Source of the DNA: a virus
Taxonomy: Duplodnaviria > Caudoviricetes
Strand: one strand, 5' to 3'
Virus record (IMG/VR): IMGVR_UViG_3300032320_000838
Coordinates: 13,760 to 77,759 of that record
Length of the DNA: 64,000 bases
The notes under the pieces: generated by a model
Database searches by the model: none
What the model was told of the DNA's origin: nothing
Seen by the model: the letters and a program-made list of their open reading frames with translations, nothing else
Shown: in pieces, positions 17,166 through 25,163 of the stretch
Position numbering within the stretch: the first letter of the stretch is position 1
How the letters are laid out: each line of letters starts with the position of its first letter
Made by a program: the position numbers and the translations under genes

Positions 17166-18743
17166 TCAAGGTTTCCAGAATACAAACACAGGTTCATATT
17201 TTAAATACCGCCCATCCACCTTGCAGTAGTTCTTACACTTAGGAATACCATCTTCACCGATACGGTTGGTTCCAGGCATAGGTTCTAGAGCCATCTTTAC
17301 AGTCATCTTGTATTTCATTCCAAGTTCTTCTAGTATCTTTCTAGAATCCTCTTCCAGTGGCAGATAATCCCCCTTTACAAGAAGATCAGCAATATTCCAA
17401 AGCAAATAACGCTGTGGTCGCAACCACTCGACACAGGTTTCTAGAGTAGGTCGTAGAAACCCATCTCTCCAGTTTTCATATGAAGAAAACTTCTTGTAGG
17501 ATTGATTAGAGTCCTCGGAATATGCCTCTCTATTAAAATATGGCGGAGAGGTGAAAACTAGATCTACTTTTCCTTTGTGCTCGGCGAATCTTTCATTATT
17601 TCTAATAACTTCTGATCCAAGCATATGGACTTCGTAAGTGTTTGTCTCGGAGAAGAATCCGCTTCCCCTGTATGTCTTGGTGTTGTAAAAATCCGCAATA
17701 CAGCCGTATTTACCACACGGATGCATCCCTTCAGGATAGTTCTCGGGATTAGTACCCACATAATGAACTCTACGGTCATCACGCACAGACATAGCACCAA
17801 GAATACGACCACCCCAACCACTGGATGGGTCGTATATGACAACTCGGTCTTGGTCCTTGCAGTGTTCCGTGAACCGTTCATAGAGGTACTTTGCTGTGAG
17901 TGGAGGAAAGTTTACTGCCGGCTGTATGTATCCGATTCGAAACGAAGCAAACCCTGCTGGAAATACTTTTTCACCTTTTTTATAGATACGCAGAGCATAT
18001 ATTCTATCGTCTGGTAGATTGTCCGCATCGAATGTGGAATAATGTCTATAAGACATCTTTGATTTCCACTTGACGAACTGTTCTTTAGAAAGATGCAAGA
18101 TCTTGTTTTGTTCGATCTGGAAATAACCAGAGTTCAGTCCCTCTCTTGGCTCCACTTGCTCCAGCATAAAATCATATCCAACGAACACAGAAGGATTACT
18201 AAAGAAAGCATCCATCCACTCATCAGCGTTATTCACATCCACTATGGAATACTTCTTGTCGTTGCGAATAGCAGACAGCGCGTGCTTGTACATAGAGTCA
18301 CGACGAAGATGACGCATAGCACCTTTGACTACACGGGGAAGAAACTCGTCTTTTGCGAATAGATCGTAGATAGAATACCCCGTATCCTTGTCTGAATAAT
18401 TGATACGAGTCTTAAACATATTGGAGAAGAACTGATCGACCTCCACACCTACTCTCGACTTATTGATAATCACATCGTCTGGTGTGTTGGAAAGTTGATC
18501 TGAGTTGGTGAATTCGTGTACAGGAAACGACTCAAGCCGATTAAACTGCTCGATGATTTCCTGCTCGGTCTTACCTGTTCTTGGCGGACAACCATTCGTA
18601 TCCCACGAATGCAGGATTTCTTTTCGCATATCTCCCACCCACTTCTCGAAATCTTGTGGTGTCATTTCAAGAAGATCCTCAAAGAGAACATTTATCTTTG
18701 AGTTGATCACATAATCGTTGCGTTCATAATATGGTTTGTTCAT
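17166..18743 (-). CDS. SAM-dependent amino-(N4C/N6A) DNA methyltransferase-like protein, 525 aa
   Basis: SAM-binding motif I IYDPSSGWGGR, then catalytic motif IV DLVFTSPPYF. Long N-terminal extension. Confidence 0.8.
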   Translation of the reverse strand: MNKPYYERNDYVINSKINVLFEDLLEMTPQDFEKWVGDMRKEILHSWDTNGCPPRTGKTEQEIIEQFNRLESFPVHEFTNSDQLSNTPDDVIINKSRVGVEVDQFFSNMFKTRINYSDKDTGYSIYDLFAKDEFLPRVVKGAMRHLRRDSMYKHALSAIRNDKKYSIVDVNNADEWMDAFFSNPSVFVGYDFMLEQVEPREGLNSGYFQIEQNKILHLSKEQFVKWKSKMSYRHYSTFDADNLPDDRIYALRIYKKGEKVFPAGFASFRIGYIQPAVNFPPLTAKYLYERFTEHCKDQDRVVIYDPSSGWGGRILGAMSVRDDRRVHYVGTNPENYPEGMHPCGKYGCIADFYNTKTYRGSGFFSETNTYEVHMLGSEVIRNNERFAEHKGKVDLVFTSPPYFNREAYSEDSNQSYKKFSSYENWRDGFLRPTLETCVEWLRPQRYLLWNIADLLVKGDYLPLEEDSRKILEELGMKYKMTVKMALEPMPGTNRIGEDGIPKCKNYCKVDGRYLKYEPVFVFWKP

Positions 18744-18892
18744 TTTTTCTTTCCTAGATTAACAAGCAAAATAACTAGATCCCATATCCAAAAAAGTAAA
18801 AACACCAAAGTGGCAGAAACTATCAATCCAATATGGACTAGAAAATAAGTAACAACATCAAATATTGTATTTTTTACTTTTTGTAAGTACAT
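18740..18892 (-). CDS. 50-aa hydrophobic membrane protein, not in the ORF track
   Basis: MYLQKVKNTIFDVVTYFLVHIGLIVSATLVFLLFWIWDLVILLVNLGKKK. AAGGT upstream. The start overlaps the end of the phosphoesterase gene and the TGA overlaps the MTase ATG (ATGA). Confidence 0.7.
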   Translation of the reverse strand: MYLQKVKNTIFDVVTYFLVHIGLIVSATLVFLLFWIWDLVILLVNLGKKK

Positions 18893-19647
18893 AGAATTAT
18901 ACCTTTTCCATCACCATTATCAATCAAATAATTAAGATTAGATTCATCTGTCCAACACCCACAGTTAAGATAATGAATCTTTCCTATCATCTTATCTGCT
19001 GGTTCGTGAATATGTCCGCACACTACACCATCATATCCGTTTTGTTCTGCGTAGGTCGCAAGATGCTTCTCAAAGTTTCCTATGAACATCGTTGCTTTTT
19101 TAAACTTTACTTTTACATATTTGGATAAAGATGAATACTTAAATCCTAGTTTTTTTCTAAACCAATTATACCATTCATTTACATCAATCAACAACTCATA
19201 TCCAACATCACCTATTTTAGAAACAAATGTGCCTATTTTATATTTACATACTAAGTCGAATTGATGTCCGTGAAGAACCAAATATCGTCTACCATCCGAT
19301 GCAACATAATCGCATCTTTCGTGTAAATGCACTCCTCCGAAAGATTTTGATTCGGAAAAACGATGCATAAACTCATCGTGATTTCCCCAAATGTAATGAA
19401 CTTGTCCGTGTTTTGCTTTCTTCAGTAATCTCCTAATGCAGTCAACATGATGCGTCTGTGTATCAACTCCCATCTTAAATACTTGTTTAAATCTCCAAAT
19501 ATCAATAACATCTCCGACTAAGTAAATACAAGAACTAGAATCATTTTTTATAAAATCAGACAAAAGTTTTGCTTTACATTTATTTGATGCTATATGCAAA
19601 TCCGATATAAAAAGTGTCTGTTTATAATCAAAGTATGATTTGTTCAT
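18874..19647 (-). CDS. Calcineurin-like metallophosphoesterase, UDP-2,3-diacylglucosamine hydrolase (LpxH/YbbF)-like
   Basis: FISDLHI, YLVGDVIDIW, WGNHDE, LVLHGHQFD, VVCGHIH, YLNCGCWT. Confidence 0.85.
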   Translation of the reverse strand: MNKSYFDYKQTLFISDLHIASNKCKAKLLSDFIKNDSSSCIYLVGDVIDIWRFKQVFKMGVDTQTHHVDCIRRLLKKAKHGQVHYIWGNHDEFMHRFSESKSFGGVHLHERCDYVASDGRRYLVLHGHQFDLVCKYKIGTFVSKIGDVGYELLIDVNEWYNWFRKKLGFKYSSLSKYVKVKFKKATMFIGNFEKHLATYAEQNGYDGVVCGHIHEPADKMIGKIHYLNCGCWTDESNLNYLIDNGDGKGIILCTYKK

Positions 19648-20080
19648 TTGAATACCTGAATATTAGTCCTGCTAGGGTTCCGTTCATCCACTTTACTGTA
19701 CCAACTTCGGAGAAGCCACTTTTCTCATAAAAAGCAGTTGCTCTTGAGTTGTCTCCACGAACACTCAACCAAACTGCTGGCAAGTTGAGCGAAGATATGT
19801 AGGCAAGAAACTGCTTGAGAACTTCCTTTGCTTTACCGTTTCCTTCATTACCATTCACGATCTGATGAAGCATACAGTTGTTTCTTGGTATGGAGCAAGT
19901 TCCCACTCTGGTTCTCTTTTTGTATATACTGAAGATAATCACGACACCATCTTGATACACGCACCTACCGCTGCTTATAGCGCGCATCAGGTAATCGTAT
20001 CTTATATGAGGGAAAAAATCTACCCTCTTTCTGAAGATTTCGTATATCTCCTTACTTTGTTCTTTTGTAGCAAATATCAT
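19628..20080 (-). CDS. GNAT-family acetyltransferase
   Basis: LHQIVNGNEGNGKAKEVL (motif A-like) and VWLSVRGDNSRATAFYEKSGF (motif B). ATGA coupling to gp46. Confidence 0.8.
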   Translation of the reverse strand: MIFATKEQSKEIYEIFRKRVDFFPHIRYDYLMRAISSGRCVYQDGVVIIFSIYKKRTRVGTCSIPRNNCMLHQIVNGNEGNGKAKEVLKQFLAYISSLNLPAVWLSVRGDNSRATAFYEKSGFSEVGTVKWMNGTLAGLIFRYSNEQIIL

Positions 20081-21777
20081 AGCATTTTACTGAAGTTGTT
20101 CTTCTTGATGAAGGAAATGTGTTGCTGGAACTTGTCTTGCAAAAGTTCCTTTGATTTATGTGAGATGACATAGATGTTTGTGTCTGTACCGAACGACTTG
20201 AGAATATTGAGGAACGACTCGGTTGCATAATCATCCAAACTTCCATCAAGGACTTCATCAAAAATCAACAGATTACAACTCAAGGAGTTCTTGATGGCAG
20301 CAATCTTTCTCCAAGCAAACAGAAGAGCCAAGTCAATCTTACGCTTCTCACCTTCACTGAAACTATCATATGTGAAGATGTCTCGGTGACGGGACTTGAT
20401 GGTTTCTTCGAAAGATTCGCTCAACTCAAACTGAACAAAGAAATCCATCTGTGCCAGATACTTATTGATTACCTTGTTCATAATAGGCAGATAATGCTTG
20501 ATGATCTTACCTTTGATGCCACTATCCTTGAGAAGAGATGCTGCGATAGTGTGATAGTGAACATCCTCGACTATGGTCTTTCTGTTCTCAGTTGCATTAA
20601 GACCTTCTTGTACTAGCAGATTGAACTTTTCCTTCTCATCGTCCACATTCTTTGTATCGTTTGCCGCTTTATTGATCTGTTCGGTGGTCTTGTTGATTAT
20701 ACCTTTGGCAAAAGCAATCTTTGCATTATTCAACTGAATCTGCTTGTTTAGATCAGTTATTGATTTGTTTGTCTTGGAGTTGCTTTCAATATGATCTTTG
20801 ATCACCTTCATTCTTCCAAGAACTGTTGTTTTCTTGGAACTTAGATTGGATAGATCTTCCTTGAGGACCTTTGTTATGCTTTGCTTATGTTCCTCGCAGA
20901 GATCTTGCTTACAACGAGTACACGAACTGTTCTTCTCATAGAAGGATATTTCCTTTTCCAACTTGCTCTCTTCCGTCTCTATCTTGGACAGTTCGATGTC
21001 CTGAATAGCCATATCCGTTGGAATGAGTTTTTTCTCCAACTCATCAACTTGTGTGAGCAGTTTTTCGTTCTCTTCAGTCAGAGTTTCTATTTCTTTTCTA
21101 TACTCCTCAAGAGAACTGTGCGATTTCTCTATTTGCTCCTTGTTGGAACTCTCTAGAGTTTTCACCAGTTTCTTCTGACCCTCTGCTCTTTCTCGCAATA
21201 GGACTATCTTGGTGTCCGCATCCTTCTGCTGATCCTTTAGAAGAGACAACTTTCCTTTTAGAAGAATATTCATATTGGAGAATACATCTATATCCAATAG
21301 GTTCTCTACGACCGATCTACGCTCCGCCGCAGTTAGACGCATAAACGGAACATAGTTGGTGGAACCAAGAATAACCACCTGGCAAAAGGATTTGTAAGAC
21401 ATTCGCAGGATCTGATCCTCGAACATCTTCTGGTAATCCTTGTTTGTGGCATCTTGATCTATTAGTTTGCCATCTTTGTATATCTCAAAGAACTTTGGAG
21501 CAATACCACGACGAACCTTGTACTTGATCCCAGATACATCAAACTCGATTTCCGTCACACAATCTTTTTGATTGATCGAGTTCACTAGTTGAGGTATGTT
21601 GATGTTTCTATAAGGTTTGCCAAATAAACAAAACACAATAGCGTCAAGAACAGTGGTCTTACCAGCACCATTCTCGCCGCTAATCAGTGTTGTTTCAGTT
21701 TTGTTGAGTTGTAACTCTGTAAAGACATTACCTGTTGAGAGAAAGTTTCTCCAACGGATCTTCTCAAATTTGATCAT
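20077..21777 (-). CDS. gp46: Recombination endonuclease subunit, Rad50/SbcC-like
   Basis: WRNFLSTGN, Walker A GENGAGKTT, Zn-hook CTRCKQ, signature FSEGEK, Walker B/D-loop LIFDEVLDGSLD, VISHK. Confidence 0.97.
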   Translation of the reverse strand: MIKFEKIRWRNFLSTGNVFTELQLNKTETTLISGENGAGKTTVLDAIVFCLFGKPYRNINIPQLVNSINQKDCVTEIEFDVSGIKYKVRRGIAPKFFEIYKDGKLIDQDATNKDYQKMFEDQILRMSYKSFCQVVILGSTNYVPFMRLTAAERRSVVENLLDIDVFSNMNILLKGKLSLLKDQQKDADTKIVLLRERAEGQKKLVKTLESSNKEQIEKSHSSLEEYRKEIETLTEENEKLLTQVDELEKKLIPTDMAIQDIELSKIETEESKLEKEISFYEKNSSCTRCKQDLCEEHKQSITKVLKEDLSNLSSKKTTVLGRMKVIKDHIESNSKTNKSITDLNKQIQLNNAKIAFAKGIINKTTEQINKAANDTKNVDDEKEKFNLLVQEGLNATENRKTIVEDVHYHTIAASLLKDSGIKGKIIKHYLPIMNKVINKYLAQMDFFVQFELSESFEETIKSRHRDIFTYDSFSEGEKRKIDLALLFAWRKIAAIKNSLSCNLLIFDEVLDGSLDDYATESFLNILKSFGTDTNIYVISHKSKELLQDKFQQHISFIKKNNFSKML

Positions 21778-21783
21778 AATAAA

Positions 21784-22305
21784 TCACTTCTTGTGTTTTT
21801 TATCTTCGTGATGTGGTTTGTGTGGTCGTCTTTTCATAGAAATCTTACGACGACGATTTGCTTGCGAACGCTTTCTTCTTGCTTTTCTGGCAGCACGGCG
21901 TGCTCTTCTCTTCATTTTCATCAGATCTCTGGAAGATCTCTTCGCACACCTACGACCTATCTTCTTCTGCCCTGGAGGGCACTTAAAGATGATCCTTCTC
22001 TTACCCTTGCGAATGACGACTTTTCTTTTGGCAGATGCTTCCATCAAATCGGATGCGGAAGCAGTATCTAGTTCATAATCTTCCAGTTCTTCCAATACTT
22101 CGTCAATCGGATCATATACTTCCACACCCTCTTCGATTATACCATATGCGAAGTCGTTTTCCTCAAGAAAAATAGTAAGTTCTTCCACAGGAATAGTATC
22201 GGAAACCAAGATCACGCGATCATCTGTTTCTACGATTTCCAGTAGACCAGTGTTTTCACGCAACTGGTGTAACTTGTGCATTTCCTCTTGTAACTTGTAG
22301 CGCAT
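21784..22305 (-). CDS. Putative prohead core protein (gp68-like): acidic N-half, extremely basic C-tail
   Basis: Acidic N-domain, L-x-E site (DLME/ASA), then KRKVVIRKGKRR...KRRARRAARKARRKRSQANRRRKISMKRR. Same architecture as T4 gp68. Confidence 0.55.
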   Translation of the reverse strand: MRYKLQEEMHKLHQLRENTGLLEIVETDDRVILVSDTIPVEELTIFLEENDFAYGIIEEGVEVYDPIDEVLEELEDYELDTASASDLMEASAKRKVVIRKGKRRIIFKCPPGQKKIGRRCAKRSSRDLMKMKRRARRAARKARRKRSQANRRRKISMKRRPHKPHHEDKKHKK

Positions 22306-22858
22306 TTAGACCCTCGGTATACCAGTCAGGAACATTACCCATCTTCCACTTAGCGAAGCGGGACTTCTCATTTATGTAGTATTGGCGATACGCTGTGACA
22401 GGATCTGGATCCTTGTATTGTGGCGGCATTGCCTGTGGAAACTCTGTGAGAATATTATGCTTGTGATGAACAAACATCTTTGGAGTATGGATCAAATAGT
22501 CCCAATATAGAGATTCCATCTTGTGTACTTTACCGTAACGCGCAGTGTATTCTTGCAATAATTGCATACCGTGACGACACAACCACTTGTAGTTTTCCCG
22601 TGTCTCTATACACCAAGCAGTGCAGGGGTGATTTGGCATAACCGCTTTACATAGAATATTGTCCCATTCTGCATCTGGCATAACATATTTCTTATACTTT
22701 CTACCAGAAGCAGAAGTGCTATTCAGAGGCACACCGTCAAGTACACGGTGTGCGGTGGAAAGCATCTGGGCGGTTTCCACGATCATCTTGACCACATGCT
22801 TGTCGCACATCTGTTTAGCAGCAATATAAGGATCATTGGCCAATACAAAGATATTCAT
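22256..22858 (-). CDS. Pyrimidine dimer DNA glycosylase / endonuclease V-related protein
   Basis: MNIFVL..DP..AA..MCDKHVVKMIVETAQMLSTAH...NHPCT.W...NY.WL...FPQAMP.QYK..DPV.AYR.YY..EK. Confidence 0.8.
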   Translation of the reverse strand: MNIFVLANDPYIAAKQMCDKHVVKMIVETAQMLSTAHRVLDGVPLNSTSASGRKYKKYVMPDAEWDNILCKAVMPNHPCTAWCIETRENYKWLCRHGMQLLQEYTARYGKVHKMESLYWDYLIHTPKMFVHHKHNILTEFPQAMPPQYKDPDPVTAYRQYYINEKSRFAKWKMGNVPDWYTEGLNALQVTRGNAQVTPVA

Positions 22859-23898
22859 AGTGTCAGGCTTTCCATATAGAGTTCTTGTACGATCTTCTTT
22901 AACTTAGATTTGTCATCGACTTCTTCCATAGAGTCGATCTCGTTATTGATGATTGTAATAGTATCTTCTGTCGTGTCAACTATATCTTCCTTGGAAATCT
23001 CAATCACATCTTCTATAAAGGTCACGGAGGTAGGTTGTACCGAATATATGGCATCAACATACCGATCATAAGTATATGGTTTTGTCTTGTTAGTTACTAT
23101 AATTTTAACAAAACTATTCTTGTATTTACTGACATCCAATCCCTTAAGAGGATCTTCTGTTTTGTCATCATAAGTCAACACATAGAACATCTTTCTTTCA
23201 TTAGGAATGAAAGTCATACTACGATCTTCCGTGTCGAAGATGTGGAATCCCTTGATGTCATATGCATCCGAAAATGTTATTTGATAAGGTGTTCCAAGAT
23301 ATGTTATGTTTCCGTCTGACTGCTTTATATGAAAATGACCAGAATAAACAGCATCAAACTTATCGAACAAGGAAGGAGAAAGACCGTGTTCGTGTTTTAC
23401 TCCAGACACAACCTGAAATCCGTTGATCTCAAAATGACCCATTACAACAGAAACACCAGCATCTTGCAGAAACTTAATACACTCATCTGTATTTGCTTCA
23501 TTTATCCACGGAACCAGACCAATATCCATACCATCTAGATTGATAGTAACTGGATTACTGTAAATATGAACATTCTTATAATGAGAAAACAACTCTGACA
23601 TAGAGTTGATGCTGCTGGTATTTCGATAGAATGTATCGTGATTACCTAGAATGATGTGCAGAGTTATATTGTGCTTCTCGAAGAAGGACATAAATCTATC
23701 TCTGACTTGTGCCAGAGTATAGAAGTTTACGAACTTTCTTCGATCTAGAAGATCACCCAGATGTAAGACTGTAGTGATATTATTTTCTAGAAGATAGGGA
23801 AAGAACTGTTTTTCGAAGAAAGCGAGAAACTCATCTAGGAAAAGAGGAGAATCATTCTTCACACCAAAATGCGTATCCGTTACAACGGCAACTTTCAT
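22855..23898 (-). CDS. gp47: Recombination endonuclease subunit, Mre11/SbcD-like
   Basis: VTDTHFG, LHLGDLLDRRK, ILGNHD, MGHFEI, SGHFH, YLGTPYQ. Confidence 0.97.
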   Translation of the reverse strand: MKVAVVTDTHFGVKNDSPLFLDEFLAFFEKQFFPYLLENNITTVLHLGDLLDRRKFVNFYTLAQVRDRFMSFFEKHNITLHIILGNHDTFYRNTSSINSMSELFSHYKNVHIYSNPVTINLDGMDIGLVPWINEANTDECIKFLQDAGVSVVMGHFEINGFQVVSGVKHEHGLSPSLFDKFDAVYSGHFHIKQSDGNITYLGTPYQITFSDAYDIKGFHIFDTEDRSMTFIPNERKMFYVLTYDDKTEDPLKGLDVSKYKNSFVKIIVTNKTKPYTYDRYVDAIYSVQPTSVTFIEDVIEISKEDIVDTTEDTITIINNEIDSMEEVDDKSKLKKIVQELYMESLTL

Positions 23899-24386
23899 TC
23901 TTTCTTCTTTCCTTTTGGTTTCTTTTCTAGAGTCTGAAAGTGCTGGGTTTCTTCTTCAGTTATTCCCATCGCTTTTAATATCTCCGAGAAATCACCCTTC
24001 TTATCCAGAGACTCTAGATATTTGTATTTTACATAGTTCTGTTTCTTTTCTTTTTGTATTCGTCTAAGAAAAGCGTAGTAGATTATTTGTGTAAAGTACG
24101 AGAAAGGATTGTTGGACTTCTCTGGATCAAAGTTTGCACAATACATCAGACAGTTTTCTACCCCATCACTTATCATATCCTCTTTAAAAGGATAGTTCAT
24201 AAAGTTGGGTTTCTTAGCAAGATTTTCACCTATTTCTAGAAAGCATCTAGCGATATAGTCAGTCACCTGTGGTTTAGGTTCATCTGTCTCTTCTGCTTCC
24301 TTTACTTTCTTCTTCCAATCTAACATCTCTTGATAGAACTTGGCATTATCTACATAATGCTCTTTTGCTTTCTTTTGTTTCTTCAT
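23895..24386 (-). CDS. gp55: Late transcription sigma factor
   Basis: HYVDNAKF...YIARCFLEIGENLAKKPNFMNY..KEDMISDGVENCLMY..NFDPEKS.NPFSYFTQI.YYAFLRRIQKEKKQ. Confidence 0.97.
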   Translation of the reverse strand: MKKQKKAKEHYVDNAKFYQEMLDWKKKVKEAEETDEPKPQVTDYIARCFLEIGENLAKKPNFMNYPFKEDMISDGVENCLMYCANFDPEKSNNPFSYFTQIIYYAFLRRIQKEKKQNYVKYKYLESLDKKGDFSEILKAMGITEEETQHFQTLEKKPKGKKKE

Positions 24387-24405
24387 AACGAATCTCCTTG
24401 CACAG

Positions 24406-24433
24406 ATTATAGATCAAAATGATCTTCAGTCAA
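24406..24433 (-). promoter_or_regulatory. sigma70-type promoter for gp55 (TTGACT-N16-TATAAT) with palindrome AGATCA-N3-TGATCT across the spacer
   Basis: -35 at 24428-24433, perfect -10 at 24406-24411, SD AAGGAG downstream. Inverted repeat at 24411-24425. Confidence 0.75.
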
Positions 24434-24461
24434 GAAAATATTGAGATTTTGATAGAGGGCC

Positions 24462-24490
24462 TTGACTTTTGTTGGTTGGGCGATTACAAT
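24462..24490 (+). promoter_or_regulatory. Divergent sigma70-type promoter (TTGACT-N17-TACAAT) pointing antisense into the uvsW/late operon
   Basis: -35 at 24462-24467, 17-nt spacer, -10 at 24485-24490, followed by inverted repeat CAACTG-N3-CAGTTG (24491-24505). Confidence 0.6.
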
Positions 24491-24527
24491 CAACTGTGTC
24501 AGTTGGAAAGGGAATAAGGCCTAAGAC

Positions 24528-25163
24528 CTACTTAAGATAGTCATTAGGATCTGGTGACCAGTCGTCGGGACTGTTGCCAAAGGTAAGAGATGGATCTCTT
24601 TTATTCTTATTAGCCGCTGACTTTCTTGCAGAAGGAACAGGTGGAGGAGGCGGAGGTTGGAAATCAGCATCATCCTCTAGATCTAAATCTTCTGGGTCTT
24701 CCTCTTCCTCGTCCGCTTCATCATCCAGATCCTCAAACTCAATACCTAACAGTTCTAGAAACTGTTCGCTTGCTTCAGGTGGCAGTTGTAGTTGGATGTT
24801 CATTTTTTGCATAGGAAAATCATTCTCATCCATACCCTGTGGAGGCAAGTTGAGAGGAGTAATCTCTTGAGGATTGTCTTCTTTTTCCTTTTCCAGATTA
24901 TAGACCATAACAAGTTTTTCGTCTGGTTGTAGTATAGCCAATATACTATCGTTTGGTATTTCTACTGCTTTATCTGTAGAATATTCTGCCCAGTTACGAA
25001 TGAGAAGATAATCCCTTACCCCCATACTTTTATCATCCATAACAGTCATCGTCTTGAACTGCATTGGTCTTTCTAATATCAGAGTGTTCTTTTCAGTTAT
25101 AGAACCCAATCCTGCGATTACCGAATCACCGTTCTTGAGTTTTAATATTCTGTAGTTTTCCAT
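24528..25163 (-). CDS. Conserved uvsW-adjacent hypothetical protein (Sm-like N-domain, acidic/Pro-rich tail)
   Basis: YRILKLKNGDSVIA...LILERPM N-terminus. Occupies the usual uvsW-gp55 slot in T4-like phages. Confidence 0.7.
   Translation of the reverse strand: MENYRILKLKNGDSVIAGLGSITEKNTLILERPMQFKTMTVMDDKSMGVRDYLLIRNWAEYSTDKAVEIPNDSILAILQPDEKLVMVYNLEKEKEDNPQEITPLNLPPQGMDENDFPMQKMNIQLQLPPEASEQFLELLGIEFEDLDDEADEEEEDPEDLDLEDDADFQPPPPPPVPSARKSAANKNKRDPSLTFGNSPDDWSPDPNDYLK

Noticed and set aside
18874-19647. Assigning the symbol lpxH and a definite lipid A role
   Set aside because: The motifs only place it in the LpxH/YbbF-like metallophosphoesterase group. Substrate cannot be read from sequence.
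24574-24870. Plus-strand 98-aa and 62-aa ORFs downstream of the antisense promoter
   Set aside because: The Ser/Gly runs are the mirror of the acidic and Pro codons of the 211-aa gene. No convincing SD.
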